DNA from: Azolla caroliniana
Lineage: Eukaryota; Plantae; Polypodiophyta
Length of the DNA stretch: 64,000 bases
Direction: 5' to 3'
Assembly (NCBI GenBank): GCA_043228905.1
Contig: JBHGNT010000003.1
Coordinates: 24,986,001-25,050,000 of the forward strand
A program made the position numbers and the translations under genes. The notes beneath the pieces are model-generated. The model was not told the origin of the DNA and did not search any database. It saw only the letters and a program-made list of their open reading frames with translations. This document shows positions 25,009 to 36,249 of the stretch, one piece after another. Numbering within the stretch: the first letter of the stretch is position 1; each line of letters begins with the position of its first letter.

Positions 25009-28000
25009 ATGACAATGATGGCATCAGGAGACCCATTTCATGCAACATACGTTTGAGAAATTGCGAATCTAACCCTTTAACTTTCACTATTGGTATCCGG
25101 ATCTCCACTTCATGCAAACATATTCTTGCGAATTTTGTGATTTCCACCGTACTTTCTCTATCCATCACAGTATCTATTTCCGCTTTCGGGAGCTTTGTTT
25201 CCTCGGCATAAAGTTTGGATTGATTTTCTTCTGGAAGATTTGTTGCCCATCTATGGGCAGATCTCGAACTTCTCAGAGACAAAACATTGAATTCTAAACT
25301 AAAACACAATAATCCCTCTTTTAGCCATATAATAATTTCTACACTTTTAGATCAAACTTAGTTTTGATCTTACATAGAAAAGACGATATATATCTATATA
25401 TATAGCTGAATTCCGCTAACATGATAGCTTTTAAAGCAAAGGAGGAGTTTTATTTCAAATTGGAGCTTCGGGCAACTCGGGTAAGCCTTTAATTGAAATT
25501 TTTCTCTGGTTTGATTATATTGGATGAAGAGAAGAAAGAAAAATGTGCGATTGGATTCAATGAAGAGAAGAAAGCAAAATGTGTTTTCATCAGATTGGAT
25601 GTAGCGAAGAGAAGAAAGGAAAGCGTGTGTTTGGTTGCATTGGATGAAGAGAAGAAAAGAACGAAACATGTTTGTTTGATTGTATTTGATAAAGAAAAGA
25701 CAAGAAATGAAATTGTCTTTTTGATTGTATATGATGAAGAGAGGGAAGAATGCAGAATGTATGGTAGTGTGTATTGGATGAATAGAAGAGAAGAAAGCTA
25801 AATGTGTGTTTGATTGTATTGGATGAAATGAAGAGAAGAAAGCAAATGTGGATTGATGGAGATGAGAACAAACAAATTGCATTGATGAATATGAAAAGAC
25901 AGTAAATATGGGTTGATGTAGAAGAGAAGAAAGAAAATGTGGGTTGATTGTATTGGGCAAAGATAAAACACTTGAGCATTGAGAAAAGCAAATGTGGTTT
26001 GGTTATTGGATGAAGAAAAGAACCAAATGTTGGTTTGATTCTTGGATGACGAAGACAAACCATTGTGGTTTTGTCAATGGATAAAGATGAGAAACAAATA
26101 TGGCTTGATCATATTAGATGAAGAAGAGAATTGAATGGTAGTTTTATTATATTAATGAAGAATGAGAAATGGCAACGTGAGTTGAATCTCTATTGGATAA
26201 AGAAAAAAGAAACAGAAATGGGGTTGATTATATTGTATGAGAAAGGGGAAGAAATCTTGGGTTTCATTATATAATTTCTTAGAGGGAGTTTCACCAAGCA
26301 CTTTTGCATCATTAATGAAAACTTATGGGGGTGGCGTTTAGGGAAATATAGAAAAGTTCAGGGAATGTATAGGAAATTTTCTTTTGATTATCTTGGATGA
26401 AGAGAAAGAATAAATGTGGTTGCGTATAGAAGAGAAGATTGCAAATATGATTTCTTATATTAGATCTATGGTATTTCACAGATCCCACTGCGAGGATGGG
26501 ATAAACTCATGGTATCAATGATCTCTGTTGAAACGGGGAAAGTTACCACAACAACAGCAAAAGCTTCAGTAAAAAATGGGAGTTGCCAGTGGTCAGAACT
26601 TTTACATGAATCGGCATCTCTTCCGCGACAAATCAACGGAAAAAATGCTAATAAAGAGCTTTATAAACTCGTAGTTTCAATGGTATTGATTTAATTTTCT
26701 ATATTTGACCAAATTCGCTCAGTAATCGCAAGACTTTAGTAATTTTTACCTATCAATTTCATACTTTGACCATGAAAATTGAATCTTATAGGTGCTCAGA
26801 CATATAGACTTAGCTAATCTTAGCGCTTCATATTGAAGAATAGTAATATATATATATATATATCTAGCTATCTGATGTAACAAATAAAAAAAAGCCTTGT
26901 ATGGTTGGGAATACAAAACTTTATAGTCTAGTAGTTACCATGGTAACTTAACCATAATTGTATGCTTTAGCCATCAACTTGAAACTTTGAGATGTTGGGA
27001 TACATTTCTCTAATGAATCCTAGCTTATTATACATATTAGTGTGCTTGTCTCAGTTTACAACTGTAAGGAAAATTTTGATGCTTGAAATGATAGATTCTA
27101 GCACGACTGTTTTGAAAAACTTAACATACTTTAATCCATCATATTTTTAATTGAATCTTGGAGGTTTTCGAGATTATTTTAGGGAATCCTTGTTGCATTG
27201 CATTGCATATAATAGTATATCTTTATCTCAGTCTCAATCTAGACTTAGCTAATCTTAGTTGCATATAATAGTATATGTTTATCTCAGTCTACAACTCTAA
27301 AGAAAAAAGACTTGTGGTCTGGATTGCTTTTATTCTTTGAAAAAACCAGAGTCGGTCTCGGTCGGGCATCCTTGGAGAGGCAACTATTAATATGGCAGAA
27401 TACACACGGGCACTTCGTCCAGTTTCTGTGTCCTTACCATTGCAAAATTGTCGTTCTGGTACCATTTTACACGTGAGTCATGAAATTTCTTTGGTGGGTT
27501 TTTGATAAAGCTTATACACATACTGAGTCATACTAGATTTTTGTGGGGCTTGGCTTGGCAGGTTACGCTACAACGAGTGACAACCAATGTTGCTGTCAAT
27601 AGGTATGATTTGGCATATAATGTAGTGACTACATCATACTTTATGCTGTGGAAATTTATATAATCATATTATTCTTTCCACCAAGGATGGCCATATACAT
27701 AGGTATGATATGGCATATAATCCAATTACTAGATCATACTTTAGCCTTTTGAAGTTTAATGATTCATGTTGATCATCAATATGAAAAATCACAGAATTTT
27801 CAGCTCCTAAATGACGTTAATACATAATTCTATCTTTCTATCAGGGATCTTGAGGAGCAGAAAGAGATGGCTTCAGATGGTCTTGCCCGGTCAACTATAG
27901 CAGAAGGTCGTCAGTCAGAAAATGCTGTAAATTCGGGAATTGTAGCCAAGGTTAGCATAATGGATGTATGCTGAAATCTTAGTTCTACTATCCGGACCAT

Positions 28001-31000
28001 AGCTATTTATAATATACATTGACAAAGTCATACACATGCAAATGAGGTCTAACACAAAGTTCCTAACTTTCATGTTGGCTCCTAATCAAGTTTGTGTGTG
28101 CAAATTACATTCTCCACATGCAAATGTGTCTATCTCTAGCTAGCCTTGTATTGTAGTCTCAATACCAACTCCAAATCAAGGTTATGTGTGTGCAATTGAA
28201 CCTATCTCTAGCTTTAATGGTTCACCCCTAATCAAGATAAATTGTGTACGTGTAATATTCTTCCCATGGAAATGGGACTGTCAACAGCCTTGATATTGAT
28301 TTCCAGTCAAGATTATGCATGCAAAAATAGCATATACTATAGGCAAATCAACTTTGGTGTTGAATCCTAATCAAGGTGATGTGTATATATAGCATACTGC
28401 ACATGAAAATCTAGCCTTAATATGAACTTCTAATCTAGATCTATGCATCTAGCATTAATATTGACTCCTAATCAATGATACTTTTTGCCAACATATAGCA
28501 TCTCTGATAAGAAAAAAAGGTTATGAATTGTAACCTCACTTGAATGAACAGCATGAGCCTGTATCTAAATTTAAAATTGGCTCTTTATCAAGACCTATCT
28601 CCAGCCTTACTATCAATTCTTCATAAAGGTTATGTGGATGCCCATTACATATGGCATTTGATAAGTCAATTTGGTAAGGAAGTGTAAGCTCCTGAGGGTT
28701 TTCTATAAAAATAGTAATAGCAAATTCATCTGAACTGTAACTGAAAGGGTTCCATGGTTTTTTTCTACTTGTAGGATGATTTTATTCCTCCAACTCCGGG
28801 GGTTAGTGAATCTCGGATTCGTCCCAGAGAGTGGATAGCAGATGGGCTCATATCACCGTCTAGTTCTATTAGTAGCTCACATGAATCCAATAGTTTTCAG
28901 TATTATGTTGGGATGGATAATGTAGATTCAAAGGGATCACCTTCTAGTGAGGACAATCAAGATGAACTACAAATTACAAACAACTGGGGGAGTCATAAAA
29001 CCCTAGAAAGTTTAGAGAAATTCGAAGCAAATATCAAGGAACTGAGACCAGAATGTGCCTCAACTGATGAAAATTCGAAGAAAATGGAATTAGAACTTCA
29101 TATACTTAGGAAGAAGCTCTCAGAAGAAATAAGTAAGAATGAAATATTAGAAAAACAGTTATCTACATTGTCAAAAGAACAGGAACTCATGGTTGAACAA
29201 GAGGAATTACATAAACAATTAGAAAATCAGAAGAGTCTGAACTCAAACTTGAGTCTGGAGCTAAGAAAAACCCAAGAGGTTAATTCTGAATTAATTCTAG
29301 GGATTCAAGAGCTTGGAAAGTTGTTGAAAGGAAAGACGGAATCAGATGATTATACTAACCTAGTGCACGGGTCAGACATTATGGCGTTCGAAAGTGAAAA
29401 TGGAGCTCTAAAGAATATGGTAGATGTTGCTAAGAGAGACCTTGAAGAACTCAAAAGTGATTCAAAGGAACTTGCTACGGAAAATATAAACCTTATATCA
29501 ATGTTGAAGCTGGAAAAGGACAAAGTGAAGGCACAAGAGATCACAATTTCTAAGTTAGAAAACACAGTGGCAGAATTGGAAAGTGTAGTTTCTCAGCCAG
29601 AGACGAAGATTACTATCAAAGGGAATCAAAGTGGCAAATATCGAGTTGAAAGGATGGGAGAAATAGTGAATGAAATGAGGGATAAATCTAGAGATTGTGA
29701 AGATTCTTATGAAGGAAAGGTTGATAGTAACCAAACCATTTGTGATGATTTGAACTCTAATGACATAGGCTTTGAAAGAGAAATCCAAAACCTAGATGGG
29801 CATCAACCTACATTGTTAAAGGAAATTGAGATACTGAAAATGGAAAATAATGCGCAAAAAGAGGAGATCCAATGCTTCCAACAGCAAACCTTCGGCTTTT
29901 TGAATGAGATAAAATGCTTGCAAAAAGAGAATAATGGGTATGAGTCTGTGATTACATCACAGAAAGGGCAGCTCAAAAGGCTGAGAGAAAAGACTATAAA
30001 AGCTGAGGAAGATTATATGAATGCATTAAAGCAAATAGAAAAACTGAAAACTTTCAATACGTCAACCTTCAGGGAGGATGAGGATTATGCTACTTTAAAG
30101 AAGCAACTAGAGGATACTCAAGAGTATCTTTTATCTACAGAAAGCAAATACAAGCAAATGTTACAGTTAACAGCATGTATGAAAGCAGAAAATTCAACTC
30201 TTTTGGAAGCCAAAAGGGAAGCAGAATCTACCATAACTCAACTGAAGAGCCTTAATGGTAGTCTACAACAGAAGCTACATATGGAAGAATTGAAGATCTT
30301 AGAACTACAACAACAACATGAGCATGATGAAGATAAACTCTCAGTGCTTATTGATGAGATGACTCAGATAAAGTTGTTGGAGCAAGGAATGGTCGCCCAC
30401 GAGAAGGAAATGGAAAAGAAGGTTCATGCCTTGCACGAAGAGAACAAAACTCATAAAAACCGCATTGAGGAGCTGGAAAGTGAGATAGGATCTGGTTCAG
30501 ATCTTAGAAACCATTTAAAAGAAACAATATCAGAACTTGAAATTCAGATACTAGATTTGCAAAATCAAATACAGAAGCTCTCAGACAAGGTAAAGAAACT
30601 AGAGAAAGACGAGATGGACTATGAAAAGCATTACAAAGACGATGCTATGGAGAAGGATTCTCTCCAAGAGGTAAGAATGAAATAAGAAGAAAGAATTGAA
30701 CAGATTTTAGCATGTGAGAATACTGAACTGGAAAAGTCTCTTCAAAACAAAACAATGGTGAAAGAAAGAAAGAAAGAAAGATATATTAATGTCTTCTAAG
30801 ACCAAAATTGGCCCATGAGACAATTGGTTACAACAAAATGGGATGTGTACCCAATCATCAAAAATAAAAATAAAAGAAAAGTAAAGAGAAAATCTATACA
30901 GAAAATCTATACAGAAATAAAGAATGAACTGATTTGAGAGATAAAGTGAAGCTTTTGAAGGGGGGGGATATTTGTATTCATTTACAGACAGACCGCAGTA

Positions 31001-33533
31001 ACCATTTTTATAAAATACTTCACCGAAGTGTCATTATCCAAATTCATTGAACTCTTCATCAGGGTGAGGTAAAAAAAGAAGAAACTGAGCAGTATGATCA
31101 TTGTTTTTTTGAGAATTGACTTTTGCCAATGAACAACACGTCATTATTCCAACTCCCATGTGCATTGGATTAGATAGTTTTAGTATCCATAGAGAGGCCA
31201 ATATCAACCCCATGGGACCTGAGTACACAAGGTTTCTTGATGTGTGATCAAGTGTGACGGAGTGTCAGGGCTCTAATAGAGTTAATACTCAAGTTAGTTA
31301 TGAGGTAAGGTTGAATATGATCTACAGGCCTTCTTGCCTTATATTGAAACTAACATTCAGGGTGTCTGTTTGCAATGTAATATTATAAGTGTCGTTTTAG
31401 CATTTTCCAACTTCTTCCTTAATGGTTCCATTATCTTTTCCTCAATAACATCATATTTCTTAGCCTCAGATGAAAGCTCTAAGAGATCTTCCACACCCCA
31501 TCTTTTCTCAATAATGACATATTATTGATCCACTATTGTAAGAGGTAAGTAAAGAGTGATGTTTTGATCTGTATCTCCAATCACTTGAACCCCAAAACAC
31601 TGTAGAAAAAGGATGAAGCCTAGAATAGGAGACGAACAGGATCTTGCTACTTGGCCAAGTCTTTTCTTCCACAACTTCTTGTTGTGATTATTGATTAGTA
31701 TCAACAAAAGACACAATCAAAAGGATCTTGTTACTTGGCCAAGGGTTTTCAAGATCACTTATTGTGATAATCAATTGATATTATTGATGGCAATATAAAA
31801 TTCCAAATTTACAGCTTTATCCCCACCAATTAGATTTCCGAGAGATTTCTTACTTTTTAATTGCCAATAAGTTCATAAAAAGAAATCCTTGTTTTATCTT
31901 CAAATCCATTCTCCTCTTGAGGTGAGAACAAAAAAAACTTCACATATAGTTTCTGTGGAAGAATGTAATTGCCAAAATTGTGATGGAACTTCCATCCTGA
32001 ACATGTTGAAGAATGAGCTTGGCTGATAACTTCCGTATTTTGGGTTTATGGTTTTTTAGAAAGAGTGTATAGTTATTCTGAATATTCATTTCCATCTCTT
32101 TTCAATTGTTCCGTGAACTACTTTCTTATTTTTGATATAATTGCCTGTTTGCGAGTTATGTATGCATGCCATTGTATGTATACATAGAATAGTTCAATAT
32201 TTACATTCAATGTTGATTTTATCAAAAACCATGTGTGGCTGCTTTTCTTTTTGTATGGGTCTCAAGATATTGTGACACAAAGGATTCTTTGAATTGCAGC
32301 TTGATAGTTTCCGAAATCAAAGTGGATCACTTTCTCAGCGAGAAATGGATCTTCTTGCAAAGTTACCTGTTCAAGAAGCTTTGCAAAGTGAATTAGAGAA
32401 TGTCAAAAGGGTACATAATGCCATAATATTTCACAGCTAGATACTTGATTGACAAAAAAAAAATCCGTTCTTAATTTACGATTTATTTGCATGTAAAAAA
32501 TGTTTAGGAAAAGCAAGAACTCGAGGATGCACTTTCAATATTCAATGCTGGAGCCAGCGATGATAACAGCTTGAAAAGGATTGCTACTTTGGAGCTGGAA
32601 CTTGCAGAGATTTTAGAGGCAAATAATATGTACAAGAAACAACTTCAAAGGTAAGGATGTTTATAGTATATGATGTGGTATATATAAGAAGGGGATGGGG
32701 GTGATAATGCATCCATGAGTGGAAGGTAAGCATGTGTTTAGGAAGAACCTCTCATATCTAAGGTGAGGGATATATAGATTTTGATAACATTCATGGGAGA
32801 CGAATGATGATGCAATGGAATGAGGCTGAGACCTTGGTGACAAGCAAACCTGGATTCTCTCAGTTTTATGACTTTGATGTTTATACTAGTGTAAACCATC
32901 GCTAAGCCCAGAGACAGACAGATTTTTGACAATTCTCGCGCCTTAGATCTGCCAGTACCTTGTTCTCTTGGAGTCACTTTGATGCCAACTAATCTAACAG
33001 CACCTTACTTTAGAACTTTTACTAGCCATAAGATCCTTATTATTGTAGGGACAACAAATGTTTTTTGTGCTGTCATATTGCTTTCACATATACACTGCTT
33101 TTATGAAGAGGGGAAAAAATGAAATATTATCATCTACTAGAGACTGACATCAGCCTATGAGACAAATTGTGCTTACAAATATGGATTGATTTTAGTTATT
33201 CATCATGATTCAAGATAAAGAAAAATATATTGTCATCTACTAAATTCAAAATATGGGTGAATACAAGTTGTCCATATGGAGACAGAAATAAAAGCTCGAG
33301 GTTTCCTAAAAGTGCAAAATAATGATCTTAATGAATGCTGTTGAATTATGCTTACGATGGCTTACAAGCATGAAATGCATAACAAATATTTATGGGATAG
33401 ATAGTGGTAAGAGGACATGGCAAACAAATCACCAAGAGTTTTTAAAGGGCTAAAAAATAACCATTTAGAGCCAACTAGTTGTTTTCGCATCCAATGGGAA
33501 TGGGATGCTTGCAATATATATCCTCTCTCCAAT

Positions 33534-33565
<32 letters not shown>

Positions 33566-33909
33566 ACTGCAATTATGAAAAACAATATAAATGCAAAATT
33601 CTTAAATTGTTGTCTTTCATTTTTCGGAAAACTCCGAACTCCGTCCGCAGTGCATTTTCCCAGCAACAAATTGTTCATGTAGCCGCATTGGAAAACCTCG
33701 GAAGTGTGGAGCAAGTCCTTCAAGACCTTGCAGATTTGAAGAGGAAAAACTCAATACTTGATGATGAACTAAGGGATATGAAGGAAAGGTACTTGAACAT
33801 GAGTTTACAATTTGCTGAAGTGGAGGCTGAGAGAGAGCAATTAGTGATGACACTGAGAACTCGTCAAGGGGCTCGGAAATTGATGCCTTACAAGAGTGCC
33901 AACTTCTAA
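25009..33909 (+). CDS. NT-type C2 (EEIG1/EHBP1) domain, myosin-heavy-chain-like coiled-coil protein, 9 coding exons, ~973 aa
   Basis: Exons 25009-25050, 26482-26682, 27350-27472, 27562-27602, 27845-27950, 28775-30670, 32300-32410, 32508-32650 and 33651-33909 splice in frame (2922 nt). The N-terminus FHATYIPLRGWDKLMVS...ASVKNGSCQW...LYKLVVSM..RSGILGEATINMAEY..VSLPLQNC.SGTILHV is the plant NT-C2 domain. The C-terminus ELAEILEANNMYKKQL and ELRDMKERYLNMSLQFAEVEAEREQLVMTL is typical of the At1g22060/At1g63300-like family. Confidence 0.9.
25505..26450. repeat. Decayed minisatellite array (~40-bp unit) in the first coding intron of the NT-C2 gene
   Basis: Roughly 20 diverged units with consensus ~'tttgattgtattggatgaagagaagaaagcaaatgtgg'. 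It produces the repetitive spurious ORFs 25394-26063. Confidence 0.85.
28040..28640. repeat. Decayed tandem array (cctaatcaag / ctagccttaat motifs) in an NT-C2 gene intron
   Basis: Recurring 'cctaatcaag(g)ttatgtgt...tctctagc(c)ttaat' units about 55-80 bp apart. Confidence 0.55.
30760..32050 (-). mobile_element. Degraded LINE 3' part in an NT-C2 gene intron
   Basis: Begins with 'aagaaagaaagaaagaaagatatattaatgtcttctaagaccaaaattggcccatgagac', the same 3' tail as at 1409. The body aligns to the LINE relic at 6870-7025 (KRWGVEDLLEL). Confidence 0.7.
33533..33560. repeat. (GA)n microsatellite
   Basis: Perfect run in the last intron of the NT-C2 gene. Confidence 0.95.
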
Positions 33910-35162
33910 CAAACTTAGGTCATTAATTTATTTTTTCTTAAGGCATGACGTTTTATTCAATGTGTGTATATATATGGCCATGCTATAAAATTCAGAATCT
34001 CCCTTTTCTATGCTAGAACATGGATTTTTAAGCAAGCTGTCGAAGTAACAATCATATGTATCAAAATGTATTAAAAATTTCAAAAGCCGAATTGGCAATT
34101 AACACTAGTGTGAATGCCTCCCAATGCTCATGATTTGGTAATTAAGGATGAGTTTTGTCATTTGATGATCGTTGCCATAAAAAATGTGCATACATCAATT
34201 GCAAATGCAAATCTATACAAACCACACATACACACATAATTACTTGAAATACCTACACTAGCATTTACATGCACGCAAATGTGCATACATAAATACATGT
34301 ATGCACACATATATTGCCTACATGTTTTTGCCACCTTTATTTATTTATGATAATTGCCCCTTAGGATGCCGTTAAAATGTGACATATGAGACCAAAGTAT
34401 TCGATTCTCCTTGTGCATTGATAGTAATATTATCAAGTTGACAAGGTTTTGGTATTTGTTTTAATATGACATATGCCTAGGTTGTAGTAAAACATGACAT
34501 ATGGGATGAGTAGGAACACATTGCATAGTGGTGTTCTCGAAGATCCAAGAGATCATAGAGATTAGGTGACTCAACTCTTTTGGCTTGAACGGAAGGGTTT
34601 AACCTTATCTCTTTGGGTAGTCAACCAATTGTATCTGGCTTTATATGTAGGAGTTCCTTAGTGTATCAATAACTCTTCAACGTGAATACACATTTAGAGT
34701 GGGACGTGAGATCTCCTACTCCTAAATCTTTTCTTTTGCCATTACGTAATTAAAAGTCTTCCCAATAAAGTCTTTATATGAGAGCGACAATCAAAGGAAG
34801 CTATGTAAACCAACATTGTGGAAGGGTCTTACAACTCCCTTCTATATCTGTTGTTCTCACCTAAACCAGACTTTTATTATTATTATCAATTATTTCTAAG
34901 GTTGAAGAACAACACAATCTTGCAACTAGATAGTAACGACGGGCTCTCTACACGTTAAAAAATGACCCAAAACCTCTCAAATTTCGAAAGGAACGATAAG
35001 AGGCAGTTCTATCATATTATGCTTCTACACACCATGTAATTTGTGTTTCTAAGCCAAAAAAACAACAAAAGAGTAGAGTATTTTTGCTTATATAATAAGT
35101 CTTATATAGTCTATATGGTCCTTATTTGTAGAAATAGAGAAGAAGAAAATCACTAATAACAA

Positions 35163-35236
35163 TCCATTGTCGTCTAGTCCGGTTAGGATACCTGGCTTTC
35201 ACCCAGGCGACCCGGGTTCAAATCCCGGCAATGGAA
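35163..35236 (+). tRNA. tRNA-Glu (anticodon TTC)
   Basis: Acceptor stem TCCATTG/CAATGGA, anticodon arm CCTGG-CTTTCAC-CCAGG, T arm CCGGG-TTCAAAT-CCCGG. CAA lies immediately upstream and T-runs downstream (Pol III terminator). Confidence 0.97.
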
Positions 35237-36249
35237 TTTAATTATTTTGAACTCCCCTTTCTTTTTATTTATTTTTGATTTCTCTCCTCCATTCATTCAT
35301 ATGTTTTCATGGAATCAGATCAGACGTGATGGATAAACCGTTGATCTGATGTCGCAGCTTCGCTATGGAAGAAGAGATCGATGATGGGCGTCGTGTTTCT
35401 TTCTGCGTACAAAGGGTATCTATCAATCATCATCATTGTATTGGCTAATGAATGATGTGATAAGAGCTTTCATCCTTCCTGTCCATCCATGTATGGGCTT
35501 GAATTTTGGCCATTTTTACTTTGAATCCAAGGAAAAGAATTCGGCCTGAGGTCAGTGATTTCAATGAATGTCACACACATGTGCTGCTGGTGCATCGATT
35601 CGTCGCGATCTTACTGTCTCATTGTTGTTTGCAGCTTCCTGTGTAATTTCCTTCACAAATTTCTCCAGGTTTTCAATCTGAGTAACCTTATGTTTGCATC
35701 AGTTTCTATCATCAATCCTCTTCCCAGCTTCACTTCCGCCTAAAATCTCTGTAATTTGGAACCCTTGATCGCTCAAACGCGTATTGCCTTACGAAGATCC
35801 CATCATACAAGGATACAAGAAACTGTTGGGAAATCTTTTCTTCAGTCAGAAAAGAAACCCTGGGGATCGTAAGCGCTGCTGCATTGCATAGGAGGATTTG
35901 CAGAGCTATTGTGTCATCGATCAAATGCCATACTGTTCAAGGACACTAAAAACTTCTGGACAGGAAATGAACTACAACAAACACAAACAGTCTGCAATTA
36001 CTAAAGGAAATCAGAAGAAATGGACAATGTGCTTAAAAACAGAGGGGAGTTATATCTTCTCATTCAAAGGGGAGTACAAGAGTATGATGCAAATCTGAAG
36101 GAAATACGCCTTGGCCTGTAAACACCATGAATGTTGCAGGCAAATTCATGCCAAAGAGGGGAAAGTAATTGAGGATTGTCAGCCCCATTAATCAGTTTGG
36201 ATGCTCCAATTTGGTCATCTTGGCATTCAAATTGAAAATCTATTTTGAA

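Noticed and set aside
25394-26063. Long ORFs of 188, 157 and 102 aa with repeated FFSSxHPIQ-like peptides
   Set aside because: They are by-products of the intronic minisatellite, are open in several frames and show no protein-family features.
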